64,000 nt of DNA from an uncultured Chloroflexia bacterium (GCA_963814375.1 CAWFCQ010000007.1:160001-224000), one strand, 5' to 3'. Positions 9,190 through 19,520 are shown, counted from the stretch's first letter. Numbers and translations: made by a program. Notes: generated from the sequence alone by a model not told the origin.

Positions 9190-9378
9190 ATGTGCCTGAA
9201 CTGCGGCTGCATGCGTGCCCATGACGACATGGGCAAGCCCGGGGTCAACATCACCTACGAGGACGTCAAGGCCGCCGCCGATGCCAACGGCACGACGGTC
9301 GAGGAAGCGCTGGCCACGATCGCCCGCACTGCCGACAAGGATCGCGGCGACCATCCCCAGGAGTACGCGTCCGCCTAA
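9190..9378 (+). CDS. Small Cys/His-rich protein (MCLNCGCMRAHDDMG), putative metal-binding
   Basis: AAGGGAG RBS, typical high-GC codon usage, N-terminal CxxCGCxxxH. Confidence 0.75.
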   Translation: MCLNCGCMRAHDDMGKPGVNITYEDVKAAADANGTTVEEALATIARTADKDRGDHPQEYASA

Positions 9379-10395
9379 TCGTGGATCGAGCCCGGTCGCT
9401 CACGAAGCCGGCCGCCGCGTCGGCCATGGAGCACGGCCAGGATCTCGGCGACGATCGCGGTCGCGACCTGCTCAGCGCCATCGGCGCCGATGTCGAGGCC
9501 GGCTGGCGCGTGGATCGCGGCAAGGTCGGCGGGTGACGGCGCCCGCTCCAGCTCCGCGATGATCCGCTCGGTGCGGTCGCGCGGGCCGAGGATGCCCAGG
9601 TAGGCCACGCCGCGGCCGACGAACCCGCGACACGAAGTCCGCATCGCGCAGGTAGTCGTGGCTCATGACCACGGCGGCGGTCCATTCGCCGGCGCCCGAT
9701 GCCTCCCCCGCCTCGGCCGGTTCGGCGTCGAGAAGCCGAGTGCCGGGGAATCGCTCCGGCCGCAGGAAGGAGCGTCGCGAGTCGGCGACGTCGACGCGCC
9801 ATCCCTGGCGCACCGCGGCAGAGACGAGCGGTCCCGCGTCCGGCCCTGCGCCGCACACCACGAGATGGAGCGGCGGCAGAATCGGGTCGAGGACGGTCTC
9901 GCCGAGGAGCACCGGACGGCCGTGGGCGACGGCCAGCGCGGCTCGCTCGCCGAGCGCATCGGCTTCGGTGGCGGTCAGCCGTCGTCGCTCGCCGTCGAGG
10001 GTCGTCATCTGGTACGTCGCTTGGCCCTCGCGCCGGGCCGCGGCGAGCGCATCCAGCGTCTCGGCCGCGAGGGCGGGCGGCTCGGCCAGCAGGTCGATCA
10101 CCCCGCGGCACCCGAGCCCCATCCCCCACAGCTCGTCGCCCTCCGCCGAGTGGTCGATGGTGACGAGCAGCGGCACGTCCTCCGCCAGCGCGGCCCTGGC
10201 GAGCCGCGCGGCCTCCTCCTCGAGGCAGCCTCCGCTGATCAGACCGATCGGCGCTCCCTCCTCCGGCACCAGTAAGCGTGCGCCGGGCCGGCGATACGAC
10301 GAGCCGCGGACCGATACGACCGTGGCCAGCGCCACGCGTGCACCGCGAGCCTGGTGCTCGGCGGCCGCCTTGAGCAGTGCATCGATCTCGCTCAT
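9375..10395 (-). pseudogene. xdhC: XdhC/CoxI family Moco insertion chaperone, frameshifted near 9628 (probably a sequencing error)
   Basis: GSSYRRPGA, ISGGCLE, GLGCRG, SHDY. C-terminal YLGILGP...HAPAGLDIGA...IVAEIL continues in another frame (9375-9644). Confidence 0.85.
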
Positions 10396-10602
10396 GCATC
10401 GACTCTACCGGGCCGCTGGCGCGATCCGCGCTGTGCTCGCTCAATAAGGCGCTTTCCACCGAGGCTCTATCCGCGCGTCGGATGCTCGATCCATCGAGCG
10501 CTGGACAGCATGAGGGACGCATCGGAGCGAGGCTCACGCGTCCAGGTGCCCGCCACGGCGAGCACTCGGCGCGCACCACGTCACTCCGGAGAAGAACCGG
10601 CG

Positions 10603-12015
10603 ATGAACCGAGCAGCTGACCCGGGCGCGACTACCATCCCAGCCGTGAGCGCGTTCCTCGACGACCTGAGAGCGGAGCTGCCGAACCTTCGGCTCCTCAC
10701 CGACGCCGCCGATCGCGAGTCGTATCGGCGCGACGAGACCGCCCACTTCGAGCCTGGGCTGCCGCTGGCGGTGGCGCTGCCGGCGAGCATCGACGAGGTC
10801 GCCGCGATCATGCGGCTGGCCACCGCGCATCGCACGCCCGTCGTTCCCCGCGGCGCGGGGTCGGGCCTTTCGGGCGGATCGGCCGGCGTCGAGGGCGCGC
10901 TGACGGTCGCGCTCACGCGCATGGACCGCATCCTCGAGATCGATCGAGACAACCTCGTGGCGGTAGTGCAGCCGGGCGTCCTCAACGCTGACCTGAAGGC
11001 AGCCGCCGCCAAGGAGGACCTCTTCTACGCGCCCGATCCGGCGAGCTACGAGTTCTGCTCCATCGGCGGCAACATCGGCACCAACGCCGGTGGGCTGTGC
11101 TGCGTGAAGTACGGCGTCACGCGCGACGCGGTGCTCGGGCTCGAGGTCGTGCTGGCGGACGGTCGCGTCATTCGCACCGGCGGTCGCAATGTGAAGGACG
11201 TGGCCGGCTACTCGCTGACCCATCTGTTCGTCGGCTCGCAGGGAACCCTGGGGATCGTGACCGAGGCGACGCTGCGCCTTCGCCCGGCCCCGCCGCCGCA
11301 GCAGACGATGCTCGCCTTCTTCCCGACGATCGTCGCCGCCGGAGAGGCGGTGGCGGCGATGACCCGGGCGGGGATCGAGCCGTGCACGCTCGAGCTGATG
11401 GACCGGGTGACGATCGCGGCCGTGGACGATTGGCACAACCTCGAGCTGGACCGGACCGCCGCCGCCCTCCTGCTCGTCGAGTCGGATCGCCCCGGGTCGG
11501 CCGCGACCGAGGAGCTCGAGCGAGCCGCCGACGCGTGCACCGATGCCGGCGCCACCCAGGTCGTCCGCGCCACCGACCCGGCGGAGGCCGACTGGCTGCG
11601 GCAGGTGCGGCGGATGGCGTTCCGCGCCCTGGAACGCTTGGGCGTTGCGCGCATGGAGGACGTCGGCGCGCCTCGCTCGCGGCTCCCCGACCTGCTGCGC
11701 GACATCGAGCGAATCGCCGCCTCCCATGACGTCCGATGCGGGACGTTCGGCCACGCCGGCGACGGGAACCTGCACCCGACCTTCGTGTGGGACCGTGGCG
11801 ACACCGCCGCCGAGGAGCGGGCGCACCTAGCCTCCGAGGAGCTCTACCGTGCCGCGATCGCCATGGGCGGAACCGTGACCGGCGAGCACGGCATCGGCGC
11901 CGCGCGACGGCCGTTCCTCGAGGAGCAGGTAGGTGCGGAGGCGGTGGCGGTCATGCGGGCAATCAAGGGCGCGCTCGACCCGCTCGGTATCCTCAACCCC
12001 GGCAAGGTGATCTGA
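10603..12015 (+). CDS. FAD-linked oxidase, GlcD / D-lactate dehydrogenase family
   Basis: PRGAGSGLSGG, YAPDPAS, GGNIGTNAGG..CVKYGVTRD, GHAGDGNLH, GEHGIG, DPLGILNPGK. Confidence 0.92.
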   Translation: MNRAADPGATTIPAVSAFLDDLRAELPNLRLLTDAADRESYRRDETAHFEPGLPLAVALPASIDEVAAIMRLATAHRTPVVPRGAGSGLSGGSAGVEGALTVALTRMDRILEIDRDNLVAVVQPGVLNADLKAAAAKEDLFYAPDPASYEFCSIGGNIGTNAGGLCCVKYGVTRDAVLGLEVVLADGRVIRTGGRNVKDVAGYSLTHLFVGSQGTLGIVTEATLRLRPAPPPQQTMLAFFPTIVAAGEAVAAMTRAGIEPCTLELMDRVTIAAVDDWHNLELDRTAAALLLVESDRPGSAATEELERAADACTDAGATQVVRATDPAEADWLRQVRRMAFRALERLGVARMEDVGAPRSRLPDLLRDIERIAASHDVRCGTFGHAGDGNLHPTFVWDRGDTAAEERAHLASEELYRAAIAMGGTVTGEHGIGAARRPFLEEQVGAEAVAVMRAIKGALDPLGILNPGKVI

Positions 12016-12018
12016 GCG

Positions 12019-13620
12019 TCAGCCCAGGCTGTAGCCCTCGAGATCGGCGCTCGGCTTGACGTCGGGCAGACGCATCATCCGGAACGAGTTGAACAGCCCG
12101 ATGAGCCCGGCCAGGAGCGGGACCAGCAGCGCGACCTGCAGTGCCAGCGGCCTCGCCTCGGTGTTGATGCGGATGATCTCGGCCTCGACCTCTGGCGGCT
12201 GGTTGACGATCGCCTCCTCGAGGCCGGTGTTGCTCATGAGCTGGGCATCCTCGTCCAGTGCCGTCGCGACCTGCTGGGCCTGCTCCGTCGTGAATACCTC
12301 GCTCGACTCGGCCAGGTTCGTGAAGCTGAAGGCCAGCGTCGCCAGCATGATGGCGCCGGACACGGCAAGTCCGAATGACAGGCCGAAGGACCCGCCCGCG
12401 GAGTTCACGCCGGCCGCCTCGCTGATGCGCTCCTCCTCGATGGGCGCGAGCGTGTAGTTGTTGAGCTGCGAGACGAGCAATCCGAGACCGCAGCCGGCGA
12501 TCGCCAGGGGGATCGCCATCCACCATCCGGAGTCCGCCCGCGGCACGATCGGCAGCAGAATCGCGACCCCGATGACGAGAAGGACGAAGCCCGCGCGAAT
12601 GATGCTTGCGGGCCGTCGGTTCCCCGCCCGCCTGCCGGCGATAACGGCGACGAAGAACATGCTTAGGGACAGTGGGGCGAGGGAGAGCCCCGCCTGGAGC
12701 GCGTTGTACTCGAGGACCATCTGGAGGAAGATCGGCAGGGCGATCATCATTCCGCCGAGCGCGATCTGCTGCATCATCTGCCCCTGGATCCCGATCCTGA
12801 AGGTCTTCGATGCGAACAGGACAGGATCGAGCAGGACCGGCTTTCCCTCACGCTTGCGCCGCTGAAGCCAGTAGGTCAGCGCGGCGAGCGCAACGATGCC
12901 GATGGCGATGAGGAGCAGGACGCGCTCACCGCCCTCCTGCCAGACGAGCACGCCAAGCACGATGCCGCCCATTCCCAGGACCGAGAAGAGGGCGCCGGCG
13001 AGGTCGATGCCGCGCGAACCGGTATAGGGAACTTCCTTGATCCTGCCGATCCCGGCCAGCACGATCGCGATGACGACGATCTCCAGCGCGAATCCGACCC
13101 GCCATGACAGGAATGTCGTGATGAATCCGCCGACCAGGGGGCCGACGGCCGCGGCGATCGCCGCCGCCGCCCCGACCAGCGCGTAGACCCGTCGCTGGGC
13201 CGCGCCCTCGAAGTTGCCGTGGATGAGCGACTGCATCGAAGGCAGCAGCAGCGAGGCGCCCAGGCCGCCGAGGATCGCCCAGAAGATGATGACGGGAAGG
13301 AGACTGTTGGCGAGGACCATCGCGCCCGCGCCGATGGCGTAACCGATCAGGCCCAGCACATAGGCCCGCTTCCGGCCGAAGAGGTCGCCGATCTTGCTGC
13401 TGATCAGGATGAACGCGGCCGAGACCAGCGCCTCGAGCGCGATCGCGGACTGGACGCCGCTGACGGTCGTCCCCAGGTCCTGCACAACCGCAGAGATCGA
13501 CACATTCATGAGCGAGGTGTCGACGACGAGGACGAACATCGCCGCGGCCAGCAGGAGCCCGAGGCGCATGTCGCCCGCCGCCTCTTCGGGTGCGGTCGTG
13601 GTGGTGGCCTGCTCGGTCAT
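12019..13620 (-). CDS. MFS transporter, 14-TM DHA2 type
   Basis: VDTSLMNV, GDLFGRKR motif A, many TM segments. Confidence 0.9.
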   Translation of the reverse strand: MTEQATTTTAPEEAAGDMRLGLLLAAAMFVLVVDTSLMNVSISAVVQDLGTTVSGVQSAIALEALVSAAFILISSKIGDLFGRKRAYVLGLIGYAIGAGAMVLANSLLPVIIFWAILGGLGASLLLPSMQSLIHGNFEGAAQRRVYALVGAAAAIAAAVGPLVGGFITTFLSWRVGFALEIVVIAIVLAGIGRIKEVPYTGSRGIDLAGALFSVLGMGGIVLGVLVWQEGGERVLLLIAIGIVALAALTYWLQRRKREGKPVLLDPVLFASKTFRIGIQGQMMQQIALGGMMIALPIFLQMVLEYNALQAGLSLAPLSLSMFFVAVIAGRRAGNRRPASIIRAGFVLLVIGVAILLPIVPRADSGWWMAIPLAIAGCGLGLLVSQLNNYTLAPIEEERISEAAGVNSAGGSFGLSFGLAVSGAIMLATLAFSFTNLAESSEVFTTEQAQQVATALDEDAQLMSNTGLEEAIVNQPPEVEAEIIRINTEARPLALQVALLVPLLAGLIGLFNSFRMMRLPDVKPSADLEGYSLG

Positions 13621-13681
13621 GGGCGCAGTATGGTGCCCCGCGCCACGTCCGTGGCGCCTGTCGCGGGCACGTCACCGAGGC

Positions 13682-14500
13682 CTAGCTCTGCCGGTGCTCG
13701 TCCAGGAACCCGCGCAGCGCGCTGTTGAACCGCTCCGGCTGCTCGAGGTTGAGCATGTGGGCCGAGCCCTCGAAGACCTCGAGGCGTGCGCCGGGTACCG
13801 CATCGGCCAGGTGGCGCATCGACTCGGACGTGCCCGGCTCGTCGAGCGTGCCGAGCATGACGAGGAGCGGCGCGCGAAGGGCCGCCAGCCGGCCGACGGC
13901 CGGCGGATCGAGTGGTAGCGGCGTCCCCTCCTCCTTCAGCGCCCGGTAGGTGGTGAGTATCCAGTCGTGGACACGTTCGCGGACGACCGGGTCGACGCGG
14001 TCCGGCGGCTGTCCCGGCCCATCGGCCCAGAACGCCGTCTCCCAGTCGGCGAGGCCCTCCCAGTTCTGGGCGGTCGCAAACGCCTCCGGCTCGTCCCAGG
14101 TCTCTCCCGGCATCTCGTCGGGCGACTCGTAGCCACCGATGCCGCCGGCCGCTACGACGAGCGACCGCACCCGATCCGGCGACTCGATCGCGAAGTCGAG
14201 CGCGATCTGGCCGCCGCGAGAGAGCCCCACGACGTGGGCGCTGTCCTCGCCCAGGTGGTCGAGCAGCGCCGCGATGTCGGCCCGGTTCGAGAACTCGACG
14301 GCATCGGTCTCGGTGCTCCCGTAGCCGCGGGTGTCGTAGCGGATGACCCGATACGCGTCGGAGAGGACCGGCACCTGCTCGTCCCACATCCGCAGGTTCG
14401 CCACGCCGGCGTGGATGAGCACGACGGGCTCGCCGCTGCCCTCGACCTCGTAGTAGATCCGCGCGCCGTTGGTCTCGAAGGTGCCGGTCTCGTTCGTCAT
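13682..14500 (-). CDS. Alpha/beta-fold hydrolase
   Basis: LIHAG, YDTRGYGST, GLSRGG nucleophile elbow, AHMLNLEQP. TAGCAT -10 lies 7 nt before ATG 14500. Confidence 0.9.
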   Translation of the reverse strand: MTNETGTFETNGARIYYEVEGSGEPVVLIHAGVANLRMWDEQVPVLSDAYRVIRYDTRGYGSTETDAVEFSNRADIAALLDHLGEDSAHVVGLSRGGQIALDFAIESPDRVRSLVVAAGGIGGYESPDEMPGETWDEPEAFATAQNWEGLADWETAFWADGPGQPPDRVDPVVRERVHDWILTTYRALKEEGTPLPLDPPAVGRLAALRAPLLVMLGTLDEPGTSESMRHLADAVPGARLEVFEGSAHMLNLEQPERFNSALRGFLDEHRQS

Positions 14501-14544
14501 GGGCGGCATGCTACGGCCGCTACGTGACGCGACGTGTCAGGTAT

Positions 14545-15444
14545 TCACGGGTGACCGCCCTGCTCCAGCCGCTGCCGATCGATCGACTCGAGCTGAATAG
14601 TCGAGTGCTCGAAGTCGAAGTCATCAGTCAGGCACGCGCACAGCTCGTCGAGCACGGCCGGAGGATCGGCGTCGGCGCGGATGACGACATGGGCGGAGAC
14701 GACGTGCTTGCCCGATGTCAGGGTCCAGGCGTGCAGGTCGTGGATGTCGACGACGCCCTCCGCTCCAAGCAGGTGGCTTCGCACTTCCCCGATGTCGACG
14801 CCGCGCGGCGTTGCCTGGAGCAGGACGTCGCTCGCCTCGCGCAGCAGGCTCCATGTTCGCGGCACGATGAGCAGCGCGATGACGATCGAGGCGATCGGGT
14901 CGATCGGCGACCAGCCGGTGGCCAGGATCACCACGCCCGCCACGATCACCGCCACCGAGCCGAGCAGGTCCCCCACCACCTCGAGGTAGGCGCCGCGCAG
15001 GTTGAGGCTGTGCCGCGCGCCGGCGTGCAGGAGGCGGATCGAAACGAGATTGACCACCAGACCAAGGGTGGCGATCACCAGCATCGGCAGGCCGATCACC
15101 TGCGGCGGATTGGCGAGGCGCTGCACCGCTTCGATGACGATGACGAGCGCAACGCCGAGGAGGACGACCGCGTTGACGACCGCGGCGAAGATCTCGACCC
15201 GGTAGTACCCGAACGACTTTGCGGGCGTCGCCGGACGGCGGGCGAACCAGATCGCCAGCAGCGCCAGGAAGATGCCGGCCGCGTCGGTGGCCATGTGGCC
15301 TGCATCGGCCCACAGCGCCAGGCTGTTGGTCGCGATGCCGCCGATCACCTCGACCACCCCGAAGGCCAGCACGAGTAGCAGCACGACGCCGAGCCGCCGC
15401 GCTCCTGCTGCGGCGGCGCTTTCCGCGTGCGAGTGGGTCGTCAT
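14545..15444 (-). CDS. czcD: Cation diffusion facilitator (CzcD/ZitB-like Zn/Co/Cd exporter)
   Basis: SLALWADAGHMATD, SFGYYRVE, NLRGAYLEVVGDLLGS, HDLHAW, HSTIQ. Confidence 0.9.
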   Translation of the reverse strand: MTTHSHAESAAAAGARRLGVVLLLVLAFGVVEVIGGIATNSLALWADAGHMATDAAGIFLALLAIWFARRPATPAKSFGYYRVEIFAAVVNAVVLLGVALVIVIEAVQRLANPPQVIGLPMLVIATLGLVVNLVSIRLLHAGARHSLNLRGAYLEVVGDLLGSVAVIVAGVVILATGWSPIDPIASIVIALLIVPRTWSLLREASDVLLQATPRGVDIGEVRSHLLGAEGVVDIHDLHAWTLTSGKHVVSAHVVIRADADPPAVLDELCACLTDDFDFEHSTIQLESIDRQRLEQGGHP

Positions 15445-16808
15445 TCGGCGAAGAGCACGCCGGGGTTGAGGATCCTCTTCGGATCCCAGGCGCGCTTGAT
15501 GGCGCGCATGGCGGCCACGGCAGGCTCGCCGCGATCGCGAGCCAGCCAGGCGACTTTCGCCACCCCGATGCCGTGCTCGGCGCTGATGCTGCCCCCGAGC
15601 TCCAGCACGAGCTCCAGGATGGCGTTGTCGACATGCTCGTCATCAGGTGCCGGCCCGATGACGTTGACGTGCACGTTCGCGTCGCCGAGATGGCCGTAGA
15701 CGATGGTGCGAGCGGCGGCGTCCGTCGCGGACACGACGGCGGGCGCGCGCTCGACCATCTCGGCATATCGGCCCAGGGGCACCGACACGTCGAGCTTGTG
15801 CGGGATGCCCTCGGCATTGACCGCCTCGGTGAGCCGCTCGCGGAGCTGCCACAGCCGATGCCGGCCAGCCTCGTCGGCGGCGATGGCAACCGCGTCGCTG
15901 GGCTCGAGGCGATCGAGCGCCGCCACGAGGCCGTCCGTCGGATCCTCCTCGTCGGCGCCGGCCTCGACGAGGAGGTAGACCGGGCAGCGATCCGCGAATG
16001 GTGGCGGGATGGCGGCGTGACGCATGACGAGGTCGAGCGCGGCATCGGTGAAGAGCTCGATCGCGAGCACTGTTCCCAGCTCGCGCCGCAGGTTCCCGGC
16101 CGCGGCGACAGCGGCGGCGGCATCGGCGAGGCCGATGACCGCCACGGCACGTCGGCGCAGCTGCGGCACGAGACTGAGTCGCACGGCGGTGATGACGGCA
16201 AGGGTGCCCTCGCTTCCGGCCAGCAACCCACCGAGGTCGTAGCCGGTGTTGTCCTTCGGCATCCCCGGCAGGCGACGCAGGACGGTGCCGTCCGCCATCA
16301 CGGCCTCGAAGCCGACGACCTGCCGCCGCATCGGGCCATGGCGGAGGACGTTCACCCCTCCGGCGTTGGTGGCGACCATGCCGCCGATCGTGGCCGAGTC
16401 GCGAGCGCCGAGGTCCACGCCGACGTCCCAGCCGGCCGCTCGCGCCGCCGCCTGGACCGCTCCGAGGGTCGCTCCGGCGCCGACGGTCATCTCCCCGGCG
16501 TCCGCGTCAACGTCGCCGATGGATCCCAGCCGCAGGAGGCTCATGACGACTTCACCGCCACGCGGTACCGAGCCTCCGACCAGGCTGGTGTTGCCGCCCT
16601 GCGGCACGACTCCGATGCCGGCATTGGCGCAGGCGCGCAAGCAGTCGCCAACCTCCGACGCGCTGCCCGGACGCACGACCGCGAGCGCCGGGCCGCCGAA
16701 CCGGCGGGTCCAGTCGGTCTCGTACGAGGCGCGCATGGCCGGCTCGGTCAGGAGGTGGCGATCACCGACGATCCGGCGCAGGTTATCGACCAGCCGCTCT
16801 TCGGTCAC
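15441..16808 (-). CDS. FAD-binding oxidoreductase (D-2-hydroxyacid dehydrogenase-like)
   Basis: VPQGGNTSLVGGS, ATNAGG, KDNTGYDL, GSEGTL, GHLGDANVH, SAEHGIG. Confidence 0.9.
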   Translation of the reverse strand: MTEERLVDNLRRIVGDRHLLTEPAMRASYETDWTRRFGGPALAVVRPGSASEVGDCLRACANAGIGVVPQGGNTSLVGGSVPRGGEVVMSLLRLGSIGDVDADAGEMTVGAGATLGAVQAAARAAGWDVGVDLGARDSATIGGMVATNAGGVNVLRHGPMRRQVVGFEAVMADGTVLRRLPGMPKDNTGYDLGGLLAGSEGTLAVITAVRLSLVPQLRRRAVAVIGLADAAAAVAAAGNLRRELGTVLAIELFTDAALDLVMRHAAIPPPFADRCPVYLLVEAGADEEDPTDGLVAALDRLEPSDAVAIAADEAGRHRLWQLRERLTEAVNAEGIPHKLDVSVPLGRYAEMVERAPAVVSATDAAARTIVYGHLGDANVHVNVIGPAPDDEHVDNAILELVLELGGSISAEHGIGVAKVAWLARDRGEPAVAAMRAIKRAWDPKRILNPGVLFAE

Positions 16809-16817
16809 ACGGTGATG

Positions 16818-17612
16818 CTAGGGCTTCCGGCGTCGCTTTCGGGCGAACGCTTCGACTCCGTCCAGATACCGCTCGAGCCCGAACCTGAAGTCGTCCTCGA
16901 TGAACTGAACGTTGTAGTTCTCCGTCCCCTCCGGCACGTCGAACCCGCCTCCCTGGGCTATGCGGCCTGAGATCGGATACCGATCCGGTGACATCTTCTC
17001 CGCGAGGATCGCGTCGCGCTCCGTCCACCACTCCAGCTCGGTCCGCCCGGTGACTCGCTCCGCCATCGCCGCCTCGACCGAGTCGCGCGCGGCACCCCGG
17101 ACGAAGATCGAGAGCGCATCAACCACGCCGACGGCGTCGCGGGCGGGCACCCCGATGTCGGCGACCACCGACAGAGCTGCCTCGTAGGAGTCGAGCTCGT
17201 TCGGACCGAGCACGGCTCGGCCTGAGGCGATGTAGAGGGTCCAAGGGTGTCGATGGTGGAAGTCCCATTGGCTGCGGGCCATCGCACGCAGCTGTTCGCG
17301 ACGCGTGCCCTGAAGTTTCGCCTCGTCGCGGCGCTCGCTGTAGACGGTGTCGAGCATGAGGTCGAGCAGCTCGCCCTTGCCCGGGACATACGTGTAGAGC
17401 GACATCGTCGCGATCCCGAGCCGCTCGGCCACCCGGCGTATCGAGACAGCCTCGAGCCCGTTCGCATCGGCGAGCTCGATCGCGGCGCGCACGACCGACT
17501 CGAGGTCGAGCGCGGGCTTCGGTCCGCGCGTCGGCTTCGTCGTGCGGCCCCACAGCAGCTCCATGCTGCGAACGGCGTCGCCACGCCCGCTGTACTCGGG
17601 GGCCATCGGCAT
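16818..17612 (-). CDS. TetR family transcriptional regulator (TetR_C type), divergent from the ABC exporter
   Basis: HTH AAIELAD..GLEAVSIRRVAERLG.ATMSLYTYV; C-terminal F.FGLE..LDGV. Confidence 0.92.
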   Translation of the reverse strand: MPMAPEYSGRGDAVRSMELLWGRTTKPTRGPKPALDLESVVRAAIELADANGLEAVSIRRVAERLGIATMSLYTYVPGKGELLDLMLDTVYSERRDEAKLQGTRREQLRAMARSQWDFHHRHPWTLYIASGRAVLGPNELDSYEAALSVVADIGVPARDAVGVVDALSIFVRGAARDSVEAAMAERVTGRTELEWWTERDAILAEKMSPDRYPISGRIAQGGGFDVPEGTENYNVQFIEDDFRFGLERYLDGVEAFARKRRRKP

Positions 17613-17621
17613 CGTTCCTTC

Positions 17622-17680
17622 TTGACAAACTCCGTATGGCGTACGGTATCATAGCCCATCCAACCTCGTACACCGTACCG
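17622..17680. promoter_or_regulatory. Divergent promoter with two TetR-type operator palindromes
   Basis: TTGACA at 17622; CCGTA-tggcg-TACGG (17632-17646) and the related TCGTACACCGTACCG (17666-17680), between tetR and the ABC genes. Confidence 0.6.
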
Positions 17681-17697
17681 ATTATCAGGAGATGGGG

Positions 17698-18678
17698 ATG
17701 GAACAAGGGACGAACACGGTGGTCGCCGAAGGCCTCGTGAAGCGCTACGGATCGACTACGGCGCTGGATGGCTTCGATCTGGTGGTGGGTCGCGGACGGG
17801 TCGTCGGCCTGCTCGGACCGAACGGCGCGGGCAAGACGACGGCGATCCGGATCCTGGCGACCCTGCTGCTGCCGGACGGCGGCAGGGCCGAGGTGGCCGG
17901 GTTCGACGTGGTGCGCGACGCTGGGCGTGTCCGGCAGCGGATCGGCCTCGTCGGCCAGAACGCGGCGGTGGACGAGGTCCTGAGCGGACGCCAGAACCTC
18001 GTGATGTTCGGGCGCCTCTTTCACCTGGGCGCGAAGCGGGCGGCCGCGCGCGCGGACGAGCTTCTCGAGCACTTCGCCCTCGCCGACACCGGCCGCAAGC
18101 CGGTGAAGCAGTACTCCGGCGGAATGCGGCGCCGCCTCGACCTCGCCGCCAGCCTCATCCTCGCGCCCGAGGTGCTGTTCCTGGACGAGCCGACGACCGG
18201 CCTCGACCCGCGCGGTCGCAGCGAGGTCTGGGACTCGATCCGCCAGCTGGTTGCGGGCGGTACGGCAGTCGTGCTGACCACCCAGCACCTGGACGAGGCG
18301 GACCAGCTCGCCGACCGCATCTGCATCATCGACACCGGACGCGTGATCGCCGAGGGCACGCCGGACCAGCTCAAGTCACAGATCGGCGGCGACCGGGTCG
18401 ACGTCGTAGTGCGGCAGGTCGCCGACCTGGCCGCGTGCGCAGCCGTCGTCGAGAGGGCCGTAGGCGTGCCGGCCGAGACCGATCACGACCTGCGCCGCAT
18501 CAGCGCGCCGGTGGCCGATCGCGTCGGCGCCATGAGCGAGATCTTCGCGGGACTGAGCGCGACCGGAATCGAAGCGGAGGACCTCGCCGTGCGCCGGCCG
18601 ACCCTGGACGAGGTCTTCATGGAACTCACCGGGCATCCGGCCGAGCCGGCGCCCGACACCGAGGAAGCAGCCGCATGA
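17698..18678 (+). CDS. ABC exporter ATP-binding subunit, DrrA-like
   Basis: [48 protein letters not shown]. Confidence 0.93.
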   Translation: MEQGTNTVVAEGLVKRYGSTTALDGFDLVVGRGRVVGLLGPNGAGKTTAIRILATLLLPDGGRAEVAGFDVVRDAGRVRQRIGLVGQNAAVDEVLSGRQNLVMFGRLFHLGAKRAAARADELLEHFALADTGRKPVKQYSGGMRRRLDLAASLILAPEVLFLDEPTTGLDPRGRSEVWDSIRQLVAGGTAVVLTTQHLDEADQLADRICIIDTGRVIAEGTPDQLKSQIGGDRVDVVVRQVADLAACAAVVERAVGVPAETDHDLRRISAPVADRVGAMSEIFAGLSATGIEAEDLAVRRPTLDEVFMELTGHPAEPAPDTEEAAA

Positions 18679-19520
18679 CCACCACGACCCGACCCGCCGT
18701 TGCCGTTCCGGAGACCTCCGGCTCGCCGCTCGCCCGCCTGCGGTGGACAGCGGCTGACGCCTGGACCTTGACCCTGCGCGGCATCAACCACTGGATCCGT
18801 CAGCCGCTGACCGTCATCGGCGGGCTGGCGTTCATGATCATGCTGGTCGCCCTCTACGGGCTTCTCTTCGGCGGCGCGATCAACGTCCCGGGCGGCGGCT
18901 CCTACATGGAGTTCCTCCTGCCCGGCATGTTCGTGATGGCGATGGCCTTCGGCATCGGCGAGACGATGACCTCGGTGTCGGTCGACGCCGAGCGCGGCGT
19001 GACTGATCGGTTCCGCTCCATGCCGATGGCATCCTCGGCCGTCGTCGTCGGCCGCAGCATCACCGACATGATCTACTCGACCGTCGGGCTGGCCGTGATG
19101 ATCGGCGCGGGGTTGGTGCTCGGCTGGCGCTGGCACGGCAGCCCGGCCGAAACGGCTGCGGCTATCGGCCTGCTCCTGCTGCTTCGCTTCGCGATGCTGT
19201 GGGTCGGGATTTACCTGGGGCTCATCGTCCCCGGTCCGAACGCGCTCAACGCGGTCTGGACCATCCTCTTCCCGCTCACCATGGTCACCGCCGCATTCGC
19301 GCCGCCGGAGACGATGCCACCCTGGCTGGGGTTCATCGCCGAGTGGAACCCGCTGACGGCGACCGTCTACGCCACCCGCGACCTGTTCGGCAACCCGGGC
19401 GCGGACGGCACCTCGTTCGTCGCGCAGAACGCGATCCTCCTGGCCATCGTGTGGCCGATCGTCATCGTCGCGATCTTCCTGCCGCTCTCGGTCAATCGGT
19501 ACCGCAACCTGAGCCGTTGA
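18675..19520 (+). CDS. ABC-2 type permease, DrrB-like
   Basis: ATGA overlap with the ATPase gene; DRFRSMP, WNPL, 6 TMs. Confidence 0.9.
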   Translation: MTTTTRPAVAVPETSGSPLARLRWTAADAWTLTLRGINHWIRQPLTVIGGLAFMIMLVALYGLLFGGAINVPGGGSYMEFLLPGMFVMAMAFGIGETMTSVSVDAERGVTDRFRSMPMASSAVVVGRSITDMIYSTVGLAVMIGAGLVLGWRWHGSPAETAAAIGLLLLLRFAMLWVGIYLGLIVPGPNALNAVWTILFPLTMVTAAFAPPETMPPWLGFIAEWNPLTATVYATRDLFGNPGADGTSFVAQNAILLAIVWPIVIVAIFLPLSVNRYRNLSR

